This document shows, piece after piece, positions 9,325 to 18,455 of a DNA stretch of 64,000 bases. This DNA is from an uncultured Myxococcales bacterium (GTDB lineage: Bacteria > Myxococcota_A > Polyangia > Fen-1088). Numbering within the stretch: the first letter of the stretch is position 1; every line of letters starts with the position of its first letter. The position numbers were made by a program, and so were the translations under genes. The stretch spans positions 1,061-65,060 of the forward strand of contig CALAOV010000136.1 in NCBI GenBank assembly GCA_937889515.1, written 5' to 3'. The notes under the pieces were generated by a model. It had not been told where the DNA came from. It made no database searches and saw only the letters and a list, made by a program, of their open reading frames with translations.

Positions 9325-9705
9325 CTAGCAGCGCACGATCCGCTCGTCCGGCACGCCCCAGCGGGCGATGTCCTTCGGATCGCTCGTCAGAACGACCGCG
9401 TCGCGATCGAGCGCGATGAGCGCCACGTGACCATCCACGACGTCTCTCGATCCGACCGCCGCCGCTAACGTGCCGATCCTGCGCGCCGTTTCGGGGTCGA
9501 GCGGTATTTCGGCGACGAGATCGCTGCCGAGGAAACGGGCGAGCCGCGCTTGGCGGCCGCCACCGCGCCAGACCTGAGCGACCACAGCCGAGCTGGTGGA
9601 GAGCGTCGTCATTTCTCGATCGGCCAGCAGGACGTATCCGCGAACGCTCGCCAGACCTCGGTCGAGCGCGATCAGCGCGCCGGCATCGAGGACGACATGT
9701 CTCAC
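9325..9705 (-). CDS. PIN-domain toxin (VapC-like)
   Basis: It has the motifs VVLDAGALIAL and VVLTSDPKDI, at the positions of the N-terminal and C-terminal acidic residues of PIN domains. It overlaps the upstream RHH gene by 4 bp. Confidence 0.75.
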   Translation of the reverse strand: MRHVVLDAGALIALDRGLASVRGYVLLADREMTTLSTSSAVVAQVWRGGGRQARLARFLGSDLVAEIPLDPETARRIGTLAAAVGSRDVVDGHVALIALDRDAVVLTSDPKDIARWGVPDERIVRC

Positions 9706-9989
9706 GCGGCCCGCCGGGCACCCGGTCGACCTGGACGACTCTTGATCACCTTCAGGACGGCCCCCCGGCTTAGCCCCAGTGCGCGCGCCATCGAGGCCAC
9801 CACTTCAGGCGGCGTCGGCTCGCGCCGCTCCAGCTCTTCGAGGTCGGCGACGAGATCGGCGCGGGCGCGGGCCTTGGCTCGGATCGCGTCGGCAATCCAG
9901 GCGCTCACGGACGGTGCGCGTCCGGCCCGGACCTCCGCCTCGGCCAAGCGCGCGAGGTCCTCATCGAGGCTGACGGTGATCCTACGCAT
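9702..9989 (-). CDS. Ribbon-helix-helix antitoxin (VapB/CopG-like)
   Basis: The N-terminus MRRITVSLDEDLARLAE is an RHH beta-strand plus helix. Its stop overlaps the PIN start codon. Confidence 0.7.
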   Translation of the reverse strand: MRRITVSLDEDLARLAEAEVRAGRAPSVSAWIADAIRAKARARADLVADLEELERREPTPPEVVASMARALGLSRGAVLKVIKSRPGRPGARRAA

Positions 9990-10012
9990 ACGTCAAGCAT
10001 ACTGATGTATGC
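9986..10012. promoter_or_regulatory. Operator-like direct and inverted repeats (GCATAC-n5-GCATAC-TGAT-GTATGC) overlapping the antitoxin start codon
   Basis: GCATAC TGAT GTATGC is a perfect palindrome at 9997-10012. A direct GCATAC copy lies at 9986-9991. Confidence 0.35.
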
Positions 10013-10073
10013 ACGGAGCCGCAACTGCACGCTAGGGCACGCCGGCGCTGCTAGTTCAAGCGCCCGCCCGCGG

Positions 10074-10691
10074 TCACTTGGTCGGCGGCGACTTGTTCAG
10101 GTTCGCGTCCTGAAACTCCTTCGCGTTGTTGCGGCTCGGGTAGGGCTGGGCGGGGACGGGCACGCCGAGGTGGGCGCACAGCGGTTCCCAACCGTCCCCC
10201 AGGTTGTGAACGAGCAGTCGCTCCGGCGGAACGGTCGCCCGCACGGCTTTCACGTTCTCCTCGTACAGCGCAATCGCATGATCGCGATCGGCCAGTCGGC
10301 CCCCGAAAACCTTGTCGCGAATCAGCGCGATTCCGAGCGACTCCGGCTCCACGCTCGTCTGGATACCCGCCACGATCGTCTTCTCGAAGCTCTGCCACCA
10401 GCTCTCGGCCGTCCGGTAGGTCAGCACGACCTTCGCGTCCGGATAGAACTCGACCAGCTCCCTCCAGTAGTACGCGGACGGCCAGTCGACGCAGGAGCCA
10501 TACCCGGCGAACAAGGCCTCCCAACCGAGCGGGGCGCCTTGCACGAATGCGCGCCACAGACGCTTCTGCTCCTCGTTCGCGATCACCTCGTACATATGGT
10601 GACACGGCCCAAATCCGAGGAGGTTGAGGGCCTCGCGCAGCGAGTCCGTGCCCGTTCGGCCAAACCCCGTCCCGATCACCCTGAGCGTCAT
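10074..10691 (-). CDS. Sulfotransferase-family protein
   Basis: IGTGFGRTGTDSL is a PAPS 5'-phosphosulfate-binding-loop-like motif. The size is about 205 aa. Confidence 0.55.
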   Translation of the reverse strand: MTLRVIGTGFGRTGTDSLREALNLLGFGPCHHMYEVIANEEQKRLWRAFVQGAPLGWEALFAGYGSCVDWPSAYYWRELVEFYPDAKVVLTYRTAESWWQSFEKTIVAGIQTSVEPESLGIALIRDKVFGGRLADRDHAIALYEENVKAVRATVPPERLLVHNLGDGWEPLCAHLGVPVPAQPYPSRNNAKEFQDANLNKSPPTK

Positions 10692-10880
10692 CCGGACAGC
10701 CTAACCGGATAGCCCTCACCGCCGCTACGGTAGTCCAGGGCGTCTGAGTGCCGCCACTCCGCCAAGCCGCTGCACGGCGAGGTCGTCGCCCGACTACTTC
10801 GGGTACAATCGCGCGGTCTTCTGGGGGGCGTCCGTTGGAGGCAGCATCGTCGCCCGGCGGCAGGACGAAGGAGGTTCGGC

Positions 10881-11909
10881 ATGACGCTTTCCAAGCACGC
10901 CTTTGCGCTGGTCGTCTTCTGTTCTCTTCCCACCTGGGCGGCCACGCCGGAGCGGCCGGGGGTCGGTGGGATCGAGACGATCGCTGAGCTGCCCGGATGG
11001 TGGCACGCTGGATCCAACCCTGCCGGTTACCTGGTGGACCTCGATCGCGCCGTCAGGCACCGTGGTCGGGCGAGCGCCCGTTTGAAGTCGAATGGCGACA
11101 GCCCGACAGGCTTTGGTTCGCTCATGCAGGTCTCGAGCGCCGATGAATATAGAGGCAAGAGGGTGCGCATGAGCGCCTGGGTCAAGTCCGACAAGGTCGT
11201 CAGCCATTCCGGCCTGTGGATGCGCGTGGACGGCCCGAGCGGTGACGCCACCAAGCCGCTCGCCTCCGACGCCATGCAAGACCGCGGCATCGTGGGGACG
11301 CGCGACTGGCAGAAATACGAAATCGTCCTCGATGTCCCGACCGAATCCGTGGACATCGCCTTCGGAGCCCATCTCTCCGGCAATGGGACGCTCTGGATCG
11401 ACGACGTGCAGTTCGAAGGCGTCGACGATCGCGTTCCGGTGACCAGACCCAACCCTGCGGCCCCGCCGCCGCGCGCGAGCAACCTCGACTTCGAGAACGC
11501 TCGAGCGGCGCCCGAGGACGCGATGCGGGAAATCCAGCGCTCTCACATCGAGGCGCACGTACCACCGCCGGTCGACTTCAATGGGATGCTGACCCGCGAT
11601 CTCAGCAGCTACTTCGCGGTCGCGCGGGCGCAGAAGGCGCCGACGATCGACTTCGAGTTGCTCCGGAACGGCCCCACCCAGGTCGGCGTGTCGTATCCCA
11701 AGTTCTACGTCTGGGTGCGCATCGCGGGTGGGATGTCCGCCGACGATCGGGGCGCCGCTCGAGTTGCGGCGGTCGATCGGAAACGGTTTGAGGTCACCGA
11801 CTTCGTTTCGGAGCGCACTATTCGTGGTGACCGAGATGGCATCCGCCGCATCTTCCCGGCGTCGGTGTGCGAGAGGATTCAGGCGAAGCTCGGGAAGGGA
11901 GCGCAATGA
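10881..11909 (+). CDS. Secreted hypothetical protein (jelly-roll-like N-terminal domain)
   Basis: It has the signal peptide MTLSKHAFALVVFCSLPTWAA. No family was recognised. Confidence 0.45.
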   Translation: MTLSKHAFALVVFCSLPTWAATPERPGVGGIETIAELPGWWHAGSNPAGYLVDLDRAVRHRGRASARLKSNGDSPTGFGSLMQVSSADEYRGKRVRMSAWVKSDKVVSHSGLWMRVDGPSGDATKPLASDAMQDRGIVGTRDWQKYEIVLDVPTESVDIAFGAHLSGNGTLWIDDVQFEGVDDRVPVTRPNPAAPPPRASNLDFENARAAPEDAMREIQRSHIEAHVPPPVDFNGMLTRDLSSYFAVARAQKAPTIDFELLRNGPTQVGVSYPKFYVWVRIAGGMSADDRGAARVAAVDRKRFEVTDFVSERTIRGDRDGIRRIFPASVCERIQAKLGKGAQ

Positions 11910-11963
11910 GGATGGCGCGCCGACGGCGTTGCCCCCGCGCCGGAGGGGTGTATACTTAGGCGT

Positions 11964-12212
11964 ATGCCGCGGATGCAGGTTTATCTGCCCGACGATCTCT
12001 ACGAACAGGTGAAGGACCAGCATCTGCCGGCCTCCGAATTGTTGCAGCAGGCGGTCAGGGCAGAGGTCCGGCGGCGTGAGTTGTTGGTCGCCAGCGACGC
12101 CTACATCGCGGAGCTGGCCGCACAGGTTGGCGCGCCCTCGGCCCGTGAGCGCGCCCGCGCCGCCGACTTCGCACGGCGGGCCGTCGCCCGTTCTCATCGC
12201 AAGGCCGGTTAG
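11964..12212 (+). CDS. Antitoxin (RHH/VapB-like)
   Basis: The N-terminus is MPRMQVYLPDDLYEQVK. It lies immediately upstream of the PIN gene. A GTATAC/GTATGC motif spans its start codon. Confidence 0.6.
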   Translation: MPRMQVYLPDDLYEQVKDQHLPASELLQQAVRAEVRRRELLVASDAYIAELAAQVGAPSARERARAADFARRAVARSHRKAG

Positions 12213-12218
12213 CGTCCG

Positions 12219-12599
12219 GTGTTGGTCCTCGATTCGGGCGGAGTTACCCGGCTCTCGGAGCGTTCGCGCCCCGCGCTGGCCTTGATCTTGGCCCTTCGCG
12301 AACAAGGCCTGTGGCCACCCACGGTGCCGGCCGTCGTCCTGGTCGAATGCCTTCAGGGCCACGCCGGTCGCGACGCGAACGAAAATCGATTTCTCAAGAC
12401 CTGCGATATCGTTGGACGGGTGCCGGAGTCGCTGGCGCGACGAGCGGCGCTGCTGCGACGATTGGCCCGTCGCGGTTCGGCCATCGATGCGCTCGTCGTG
12501 GCGAGCGCCGAGCCGGGCGGAACTGTGCTCACGTCGGATCCGGACGATCTCGGGGCACTGGCGAGGCACGCCGAGGATGTATCCATTGAAAGGGTGTGA
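12219..12599 (+). CDS. PIN-domain toxin (VapC-like), paralogous to 9325-9705
   Basis: It has the motifs VLVLDSGGV and VLTSDPDDL. It uses a TTG (or GTG at 12216) start. Confidence 0.7.
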   Translation: MLVLDSGGVTRLSERSRPALALILALREQGLWPPTVPAVVLVECLQGHAGRDANENRFLKTCDIVGRVPESLARRAALLRRLARRGSAIDALVVASAEPGGTVLTSDPDDLGALARHAEDVSIERV

Positions 12600-12654
12600 G
12601 GTCATGCCGAGCATGCGCTTGCTCGTACGGGTGAACGCTCGCTAAGGTGCCAAC

Positions 12655-13413
12655 ATGAAGGCGCCGCGCGTCCAGCTCATGGCGACCTGTCTCGCCGATG
12701 CGTTCTTCGACGACGTGGCGCGGGCGACCGTCGAGGTGCTGGAGCATCTCGGGTGCGAGGTGAGCTTTCCCGAAGACCAGACCTGCTGTAGCCAGCCGGC
12801 GTTCAACAGCGGGGATTGGCCGGCCGCCCGCCAGGTCGCGCGGCACTGCCTGCGGGTGTTCAACGACGCCGCGCCGGTGGTGGTTCCCTCGGGCTCCTGC
12901 GCGCGCATGGTGTCGCACGGCGCCCTGGTGCTCTTCGAAGGAGAGCCCGAGGTCGATCGAACCCAGGCAGCCGAGCTGGCGCAGCGCACCTGGGAGCTGG
13001 GCGATTTCGTGGTGCGCGGCCTCGGCGTGGTGCGGTGGCCGGGGCGCCTCGGCATGCGCCTGGCGTTTCATCGCTCGTGTCACTCGCGCGGAACGGCCTA
13101 CGCCGAGGGGGCGCTGACGCTGCTGCGGTCCATCGACGGGGTCGAGGTGGTCGAGATCGGTGAGGGCGAGCAGTGCTGCGGTTTCGGGGGAACGTTCTCC
13201 GTCGGTTTTCCGCAGATCTCGCGCGGCATGGGCACGCTCAAGATCGATCATGTGCTGGCGACGGCACCCGACGCGCTGGTCTCGGCCGACTCGAGCTGCC
13301 TCATGCACATCTCCGGCTTGGCCGACCGAACGGGGCGGCCGCTGCGAGCTCTCCACCTGGCGCAGGTGCTGCGCGACGCTCTGCGCGCGGCGAGCCCCGA
13401 GGTCCGCGCGTGA
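12655..13413 (+). CDS. lutA: L-lactate utilisation protein LutA, (Fe-S)-binding CCG-domain protein
   Basis: Cysteine motifs CLADAFF...CCSQP and CCGFGG are present. The gene is followed by lutB and lutC. Confidence 0.85.
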   Translation: MKAPRVQLMATCLADAFFDDVARATVEVLEHLGCEVSFPEDQTCCSQPAFNSGDWPAARQVARHCLRVFNDAAPVVVPSGSCARMVSHGALVLFEGEPEVDRTQAAELAQRTWELGDFVVRGLGVVRWPGRLGMRLAFHRSCHSRGTAYAEGALTLLRSIDGVEVVEIGEGEQCCGFGGTFSVGFPQISRGMGTLKIDHVLATAPDALVSADSSCLMHISGLADRTGRPLRALHLAQVLRDALRAASPEVRA

Positions 13414-14834
13414 GCCGTCATCAGGAACCCTTCGACAGCTTCGCCGCCGCCCAGAGCGAGTCGCGCCGAACCGCCGTGCGCCTCGGGAGCAAGGCCGGAC
13501 ACGAGAAGCGCACCGAGGTGTTGAACCGCGACTACCCGGGGTCGCCCTCTCGGGTCGACTCGTTGCGCCGCCTGGCCGGCGAGATCAAGCAGCACACCCT
13601 CGATCACCTGGACCTGTACCTCGAGCGCGCCCAGGCCCGCCTGGAGGCGAACGGCGCCAAGGTGCACTTCGCGGCCGACGCCGACGAGGCCTGCCGCACC
13701 GTGCTCGGCATCCTGCAGAGCCGCGGCGCCAAGCGGGTGGTCAAGACCAAGAGCATGGCCACCGAGGAGATCGAGCTGGGCGCGTTCCTCGAGCGCGAGG
13801 GCATCGAGTCGCTGGAGACCGATCTGGGCGAGTTCATCGTGCAGCTCGACGCCGATAAGCCCAGCCACATCGTCAAGCCGATCATGCACAAGGACCGGCG
13901 CGAGGTGGCGCGCACCTTCGAGGGGCACGGCCTCGGCGCCTACGACGACACGCCCGAGGTCATCACGCGGCGCGCGCGCGAGCACCTGCGGCGCAAGTAC
14001 CTGGAGGCGGACGTCGGCATCACGGGCGCGAACTTCATCTCGGCCGAGAGCGGCCGGCTGGTGCTGGTCACCAACGAGGGAAACTCCCGCTTCTGCCTGG
14101 CCGCCACCCGCTGTCACATCGCGCTCGTCGGGATCGAGAAGCTGGTGCCGCGCGATCGGGATCTCGGCGTGCTCCTGAATCTCCTGGCCCGCTCGGCCAC
14201 CGGGCAGGCGCTGTCGGTCTACACCGAATTCATCACCGGGCCGCGCGCCGCCTCGCAGCCCGACGGCCCCGACGAGATGCACGTCATCTTCGTCGACAAC
14301 GGCCGCAGCGAGATCCTGGCCGGCGACTGCCGCGAGATCCTGCGCTGCATTCGCTGCGGCGCCTGTCTCAACGTCTGCCCGGTTTACCGGCAGTCGAGCG
14401 GCCACGCCTACCGCGGCGTCTACTCCGGTCCGGTGGGCGCGGTGCTGACGCCGCTGCTGGCCGGCGAGGGGTTCAACCACTTCGCCGATCTGCCGCGCGC
14501 GTCCAGCCTCTGCGGTGCCTGCAACGAGGTCTGCCCGGTCGACATCCCCATCCCCGATCTCCTGCTGCGCCTGCGCGATCGCGGCAAGCGCGCCGGGGCC
14601 AAACCGGCCGCCGCCGCGCCGTCCATGAAGACGTTCGCCCGCCTGGCCTCGCGGTCCGCGACCTGGCGGCGCGCCTTGCGGGCCGGGCGGCTGCTCGGCT
14701 TGCTTCCCGGACCGTTGCGGCCGCGCGCGCTGCGCGTCTGGAGCGAAAACCACGTCCTGCCGCCCTGGCGCGGGGGAGCGTTCCGGGAGTGGTTTGCCAA
14801 GCGGAATCGCCCTCCCGTGGACGGAGCGGTCTGA
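13410..14834 (+). CDS. lutB: Lactate utilisation protein LutB (4Fe-4S ferredoxin-type iron-sulfur protein)
   Basis: CIRCGACLNVCPVY and CGACNEVCPV are ferredoxin motifs. A GTG start overlaps the lutA stop. The 13173 start in the ORF track is an out-of-context extension. Confidence 0.85.
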   Translation: MSRHQEPFDSFAAAQSESRRTAVRLGSKAGHEKRTEVLNRDYPGSPSRVDSLRRLAGEIKQHTLDHLDLYLERAQARLEANGAKVHFAADADEACRTVLGILQSRGAKRVVKTKSMATEEIELGAFLEREGIESLETDLGEFIVQLDADKPSHIVKPIMHKDRREVARTFEGHGLGAYDDTPEVITRRAREHLRRKYLEADVGITGANFISAESGRLVLVTNEGNSRFCLAATRCHIALVGIEKLVPRDRDLGVLLNLLARSATGQALSVYTEFITGPRAASQPDGPDEMHVIFVDNGRSEILAGDCREILRCIRCGACLNVCPVYRQSSGHAYRGVYSGPVGAVLTPLLAGEGFNHFADLPRASSLCGACNEVCPVDIPIPDLLLRLRDRGKRAGAKPAAAAPSMKTFARLASRSATWRRALRAGRLLGLLPGPLRPRALRVWSENHVLPPWRGGAFREWFAKRNRPPVDGAV

Positions 14835-14837
14835 TCG

Positions 14838-15458
14838 ATGGGCGACGCGCGCCAGCTGATCCTCGACCGCGTGAAGGCCGCGCTGGCGATCCTTCCCGAA
14901 AAAAAGCCGCTGCCCGAGTATCCGGCCGACGTCGCGCTGTCGCTCGGCGCCCCCGCCCCGGGCGATGCGGTGGCCGGCTTCCGCGAGCAACTGGAATCCG
15001 TTCGCGGCCGATCCTTCACCGACCCGGCTGCGCTGGGAGCTTGGCTCGCCGAGCAAGGGGCGACCCGGGGCTACTGCGATCCCGCGCTCGCCGGTTGGCT
15101 CGGAACGGCGCTGGGCGGTGACCTCGCCCTCGAGACCACGCTCGACCGCGATCGCATCGACGACTATCAATTCGGTATCACGCGCGCCTGGGGGGCGGTG
15201 GCCGAAACGGGGTCGCTGATTCTCGACGACGCCACCACGTCGCGCCGGCTAGGCGCGCTGGCGCCTTGGATCCACATCGCGGTCGTGGCCCCCGAGCGCA
15301 TCTTGCCCGACGTGGGGAGCGCCATCGCGGCGCTGGGGGACGATCCGAACGTGATCTTCTGCACAGGCCCGTCGAAGACCGCCGACGTGGAAGGGATCCT
15401 CATCGAAGGCGTACACGGCCCTGGCGAGCAGGTCGCCCTGATATACTCTCGAGCTTGA
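14838..15458 (+). CDS. lutC: Lactate utilisation protein LutC (LUD domain)
   Basis: It sits after lutB in the conserved lutABC order. The size and sequence fit the LUD domain. Confidence 0.8.
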   Translation: MGDARQLILDRVKAALAILPEKKPLPEYPADVALSLGAPAPGDAVAGFREQLESVRGRSFTDPAALGAWLAEQGATRGYCDPALAGWLGTALGGDLALETTLDRDRIDDYQFGITRAWGAVAETGSLILDDATTSRRLGALAPWIHIAVVAPERILPDVGSAIAALGDDPNVIFCTGPSKTADVEGILIEGVHGPGEQVALIYSRA

Positions 15459-15946
15459 TTCGTTCCCGCCGGAACCGGCGTTGCACGTACCTCACGCTCG
15501 CCATCGCAACGCTCACTCTCGGCTGCCACCCCGGGGTCGAGGCGCCGGGTGTGCCGCTCTACCCCAACGCCGAGACGACCCGGCTGCCGCGGACCCAGAT
15601 CGCCCTGGTCGCCGGTCCCATCGCGAAGATCGACGAAAAGGACGTGGCGGACCAGGGCGGGCGGTTCGAGCTCTTGCCGGGCTGTCACGTCGTCGAGCTG
15701 GACAGCCGGATGGTCCCAGACGGCAACAATCTGTCGGGTGGCATGTATTGGACCGGATCGTTCCCGAGAACGATTTACGCCATTCACATGAAGGCGGGCG
15801 CGCGGTACGAAATTCGGCGAGATATTTTCGCGGACGGGCAGACGGGCCGCCTCGTCCTATCGGCGAGCGAAGAAGAGCCGGGCGGAGCGATGACCGAGCT
15901 GGCTCCGGCGAAATCTGCGGAGGAGATCAAGGCCTGCAGGGAATAG
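15455..15946 (+). CDS. Hypothetical lipoprotein
   Basis: A TTG start overlaps the lutC stop. The signal peptide RSRRNRR...LTLGC carries a lipobox. Confidence 0.45.
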   Translation: MIRSRRNRRCTYLTLAIATLTLGCHPGVEAPGVPLYPNAETTRLPRTQIALVAGPIAKIDEKDVADQGGRFELLPGCHVVELDSRMVPDGNNLSGGMYWTGSFPRTIYAIHMKAGARYEIRRDIFADGQTGRLVLSASEEEPGGAMTELAPAKSAEEIKACRE

Positions 15947-16068
15947 GGGGCGACGGCGCGGGGGCCGTCCTCATCAATGGGGCGGACGAGCGTCGTGGGC
16001 CAGGTACATCCGCAACAGCAGCGTGTCCAGCTCCATCGACGTCTTTACGGGCCGAGGCCGCGTTGAAA

Positions 16069-16749
16069 CTAGAGATCGTCGACGCCACCGGCGGGTTTCG
16101 CCGGGGCCGTCCGGGTGTAGCCGGCGCTGCCGGGAACGAAATGAAACGGGTAGGAGACGTTCACGACCTCGCGTCCGAGCGGGTGGGGGAGCTCCCAGTG
16201 GGGGAACTCCCAGCGGCGGATCGCCGCCACCACGCAGCTTTCGACGCGCGGCGCGCGCAACGTCGAGTCCCGCAGCCGGGCGGCGACGACCGCACCCCGG
16301 AGCGAGATCGTGAACTCGAAGGTCGCCCAGCCGCCGAACGCGCGCTTCCTGACCAGCTCCAGCTCGTAGCAGTACTTCACCTCGTTGATGTGGCGCCGGA
16401 CGATACGGCGGACGATCTCCTTGTCGAGCGAGCCTTGGACGCTTGCGGACCCTGGGATCACGTCCGGCGGCCTCGCGATCCGCGGGCCTAGCCTGCCCGC
16501 TCCGCGGCTGAACCCGGAGCCGTTCCCGTCGGAGGGCTCGTGTTCGACGTGATCCGCCTCGGGCTCCGGCGCTTCGAGCGGTCCCACCTCCCCCGTCTCG
16601 AACCCGGGCGGGTGCAGTTTCCCTATCTCGTCGGGTGACGGGGCTGCCGCCGACCCTCCCTTGCCGCCGGGTACGCCCGGCGACGACGGCGCATTGAAGC
16701 AGGCCCCCAGCACGACGACGAGGGCGAAGGCTTTGGGCGGGCGTCTCAT
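16069..16749 (-). CDS. Lipoprotein with AgmX/PglI C-terminal domain (Myxococcota-type)
   Basis: The lipobox is VLGAC. The C-terminal block EIVRRIVRRHINEVKYCYELEL resembles the AgmX/PglI C-terminal domain. Confidence 0.55.
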   Translation of the reverse strand: MRRPPKAFALVVVLGACFNAPSSPGVPGGKGGSAAAPSPDEIGKLHPPGFETGEVGPLEAPEPEADHVEHEPSDGNGSGFSRGAGRLGPRIARPPDVIPGSASVQGSLDKEIVRRIVRRHINEVKYCYELELVRKRAFGGWATFEFTISLRGAVVAARLRDSTLRAPRVESCVVAAIRRWEFPHWELPHPLGREVVNVSYPFHFVPGSAGYTRTAPAKPAGGVDDL

Positions 16750-16837
16750 GCCAATCTCACGGCAACCTCACAAGAGACATCGCGGAAGCGCCGGGGTTCC
16801 CTGGCCTGCGTCGGGAAACATTCAACGCCCGCCCATG

Positions 16838-16936
16838 AAGCCACACGTCATCTGCCACATGATGGTCTCGCTGGACGGTCGCATTCATCCGAGCCGCTGG
16901 ACGGCGAGCCCGGACGGCAACCGCCAGGACTGGACG
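16838..16936 (+). pseudogene. Orphan 5' fragment (33 codons) duplicated from the RibD-C/DHFR-family gene at 19175
   Basis: It encodes MKPHVICHMMVSLDGRIHPSRWTASPDGNRQDW. The DNA is about 94% identical to 19175-19273 and then diverges. Confidence 0.45.
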
Positions 16937-16940
16937 ACGG

Positions 16941-17498
16941 TCACTGTTGTCTCGTGTCGAGGACGCAGTTTCGCGACGCTTCGAAGTCGCTCCGATCCCG
17001 ACACATCCGGCGCTGGTCAGGACTCGGCCGGGGCGGCAGTTCCGGGTCGACGACGGTCGCCGACGAAGGCTCCCCGGGCATGAACGTCCCACCGGCGTCT
17101 CCCGGCCGCGGGGTCCGGTAGACGATGCACGTCGCCGAATAGACTTGAAACGAGCTATCGAAATACGTCAGCCCAGTGGGTCTGGTCGTCGAGCTGGGAG
17201 CCGCGAGCAACAAGGCATCGCAGCCCTTCTCGCCGCCACTCTGACGCAAGGCCCAGATCAAACTGGCCGGCGTTTCGTAGCCTCCTCCACCCTCTTGAAT
17301 TGAGATGAGGCCGACGTCGACATGGGGCCGTTCCGGCGGCGTGCTGGAGAAGACCTGAATCTGTTCGGGCCTGCGCGCCTCGGGGTCGTGGGGCGGAGCG
17401 TTCAGCGGTGTGTACGTCACCGTGGTCTCGGCGCAGCCGCTGAGCCAAATACCGAGGACCAGCCCGCAGCGCAGCCAGCGGCTCGACGAAATCAACAT
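16941..17498 (-). CDS. Hypothetical lipoprotein
   Basis: The signal peptide is MLISSSRWLRCGLVLGIWLSGC. The longer 17564 start is probably an extension. Confidence 0.45.
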   Translation of the reverse strand: MLISSSRWLRCGLVLGIWLSGCAETTVTYTPLNAPPHDPEARRPEQIQVFSSTPPERPHVDVGLISIQEGGGGYETPASLIWALRQSGGEKGCDALLLAAPSSTTRPTGLTYFDSSFQVYSATCIVYRTPRPGDAGGTFMPGEPSSATVVDPELPPRPSPDQRRMCRDRSDFEASRNCVLDTRQQ

Positions 17499-17627
17499 GG
17501 CGTGGTCAACCGTTGCAAAACTATTGCCAGCGCGAGCCCCGTCTTCGTCGCCTGGCACACGCACTCAGTGAGGCCCGACCACCACACTCGACGCGCTTAC
17601 CAGCGCTTCGCGGTGTAAGATGTCCCT

Positions 17628-17846
17628 GTGACGCGAGCGCAACGAATACTCGAAGAGGTAGGCCAGCTTCCTCCGGACGAGCGGATGGACGTTCTGCGTG
17701 GCGTGGTCGGTCTCGTGGCGCCGTCGCTGTCCGCTGAGCAGGAAAATGGGATAGCGGAGGCCATGGACGAGGCCGATCGGGATGAGACGGTCGATGGTCC
17801 GGCGGCCCTCGCGGCGGCACGCCGACGAGCCCGCAGCGATGGCTAG
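17628..17846 (+). CDS. Putative addiction-module antitoxin-like protein (TIGR02574-like), no adjacent toxin
   Basis: ILEEVGQLPPDERMDVL resembles the LPxxER helix of that family. It is 72 aa. Confidence 0.45.
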   Translation: MTRAQRILEEVGQLPPDERMDVLRGVVGLVAPSLSAEQENGIAEAMDEADRDETVDGPAALAAARRRARSDG

Positions 17847-18406
17847 CGCCTCTCCAGGAACCCTCTGCCTTCGAATATCGCCGGCATCGCCTTTTCGATT
17901 CGCGCCACCCGCGTCGCCGACTGCTTGGCCGCCGCAAAGTGATAGAGGTAACTCCTCTGCCGCCCCGGCGTCAGCGCCTCGAAGGCGCGCTTGAAGCGCG
18001 GGTCCCCTCGGAACCGCTCCGTGAGCTCCTCGGGAACCGGAAAATCCGAGGTCTTCTTTTTCTCCATCCGCAGCCCGGCCTTCTCGACTGCGATGGCCTC
18101 GCGCACGTAGGCCTTGATGGTCGCCGCCTTCGCCGTGATGTCCTTAACGCTGGCGAACTTCATCACCCGCCCGGCGTGCACCTGACCGAGCTGCACCAGC
18201 ACCTTCTTGGGGTCCTTCAGCAGGGCGCCCTGAAAGAAGAGCAGCGCGAAGTACTCCTTGAAGCCCTGAATGATGACGATGTTCCTCCCATCCACCGTGT
18301 AGGTGGGCTTGGCCCACTTACACTCCTCCTTCATCGCCAAGCCGGCGAGCACCCGCCGCATCTCCGCGATCTCCGCCCGCCACCGCTCGCGATACGCCAT
18401 CTCCAT
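17843..18406 (-). CDS. YdeI/OmpD-associated (DUF1801-type) family protein
   Basis: The C-terminal PGRQRSYLYHFAAAKQSATRVARIEKA is typical of this family. Confidence 0.6.
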   Translation of the reverse strand: MEMAYRERWRAEIAEMRRVLAGLAMKEECKWAKPTYTVDGRNIVIIQGFKEYFALLFFQGALLKDPKKVLVQLGQVHAGRVMKFASVKDITAKAATIKAYVREAIAVEKAGLRMEKKKTSDFPVPEELTERFRGDPRFKRAFEALTPGRQRSYLYHFAAAKQSATRVARIEKAMPAIFEGRGFLERR

Positions 18407-18455
18407 GCCAGCGGCGTCTCCTTCAGTCGCGCGGCCTGTTCAGGCTGTCCCGGTC

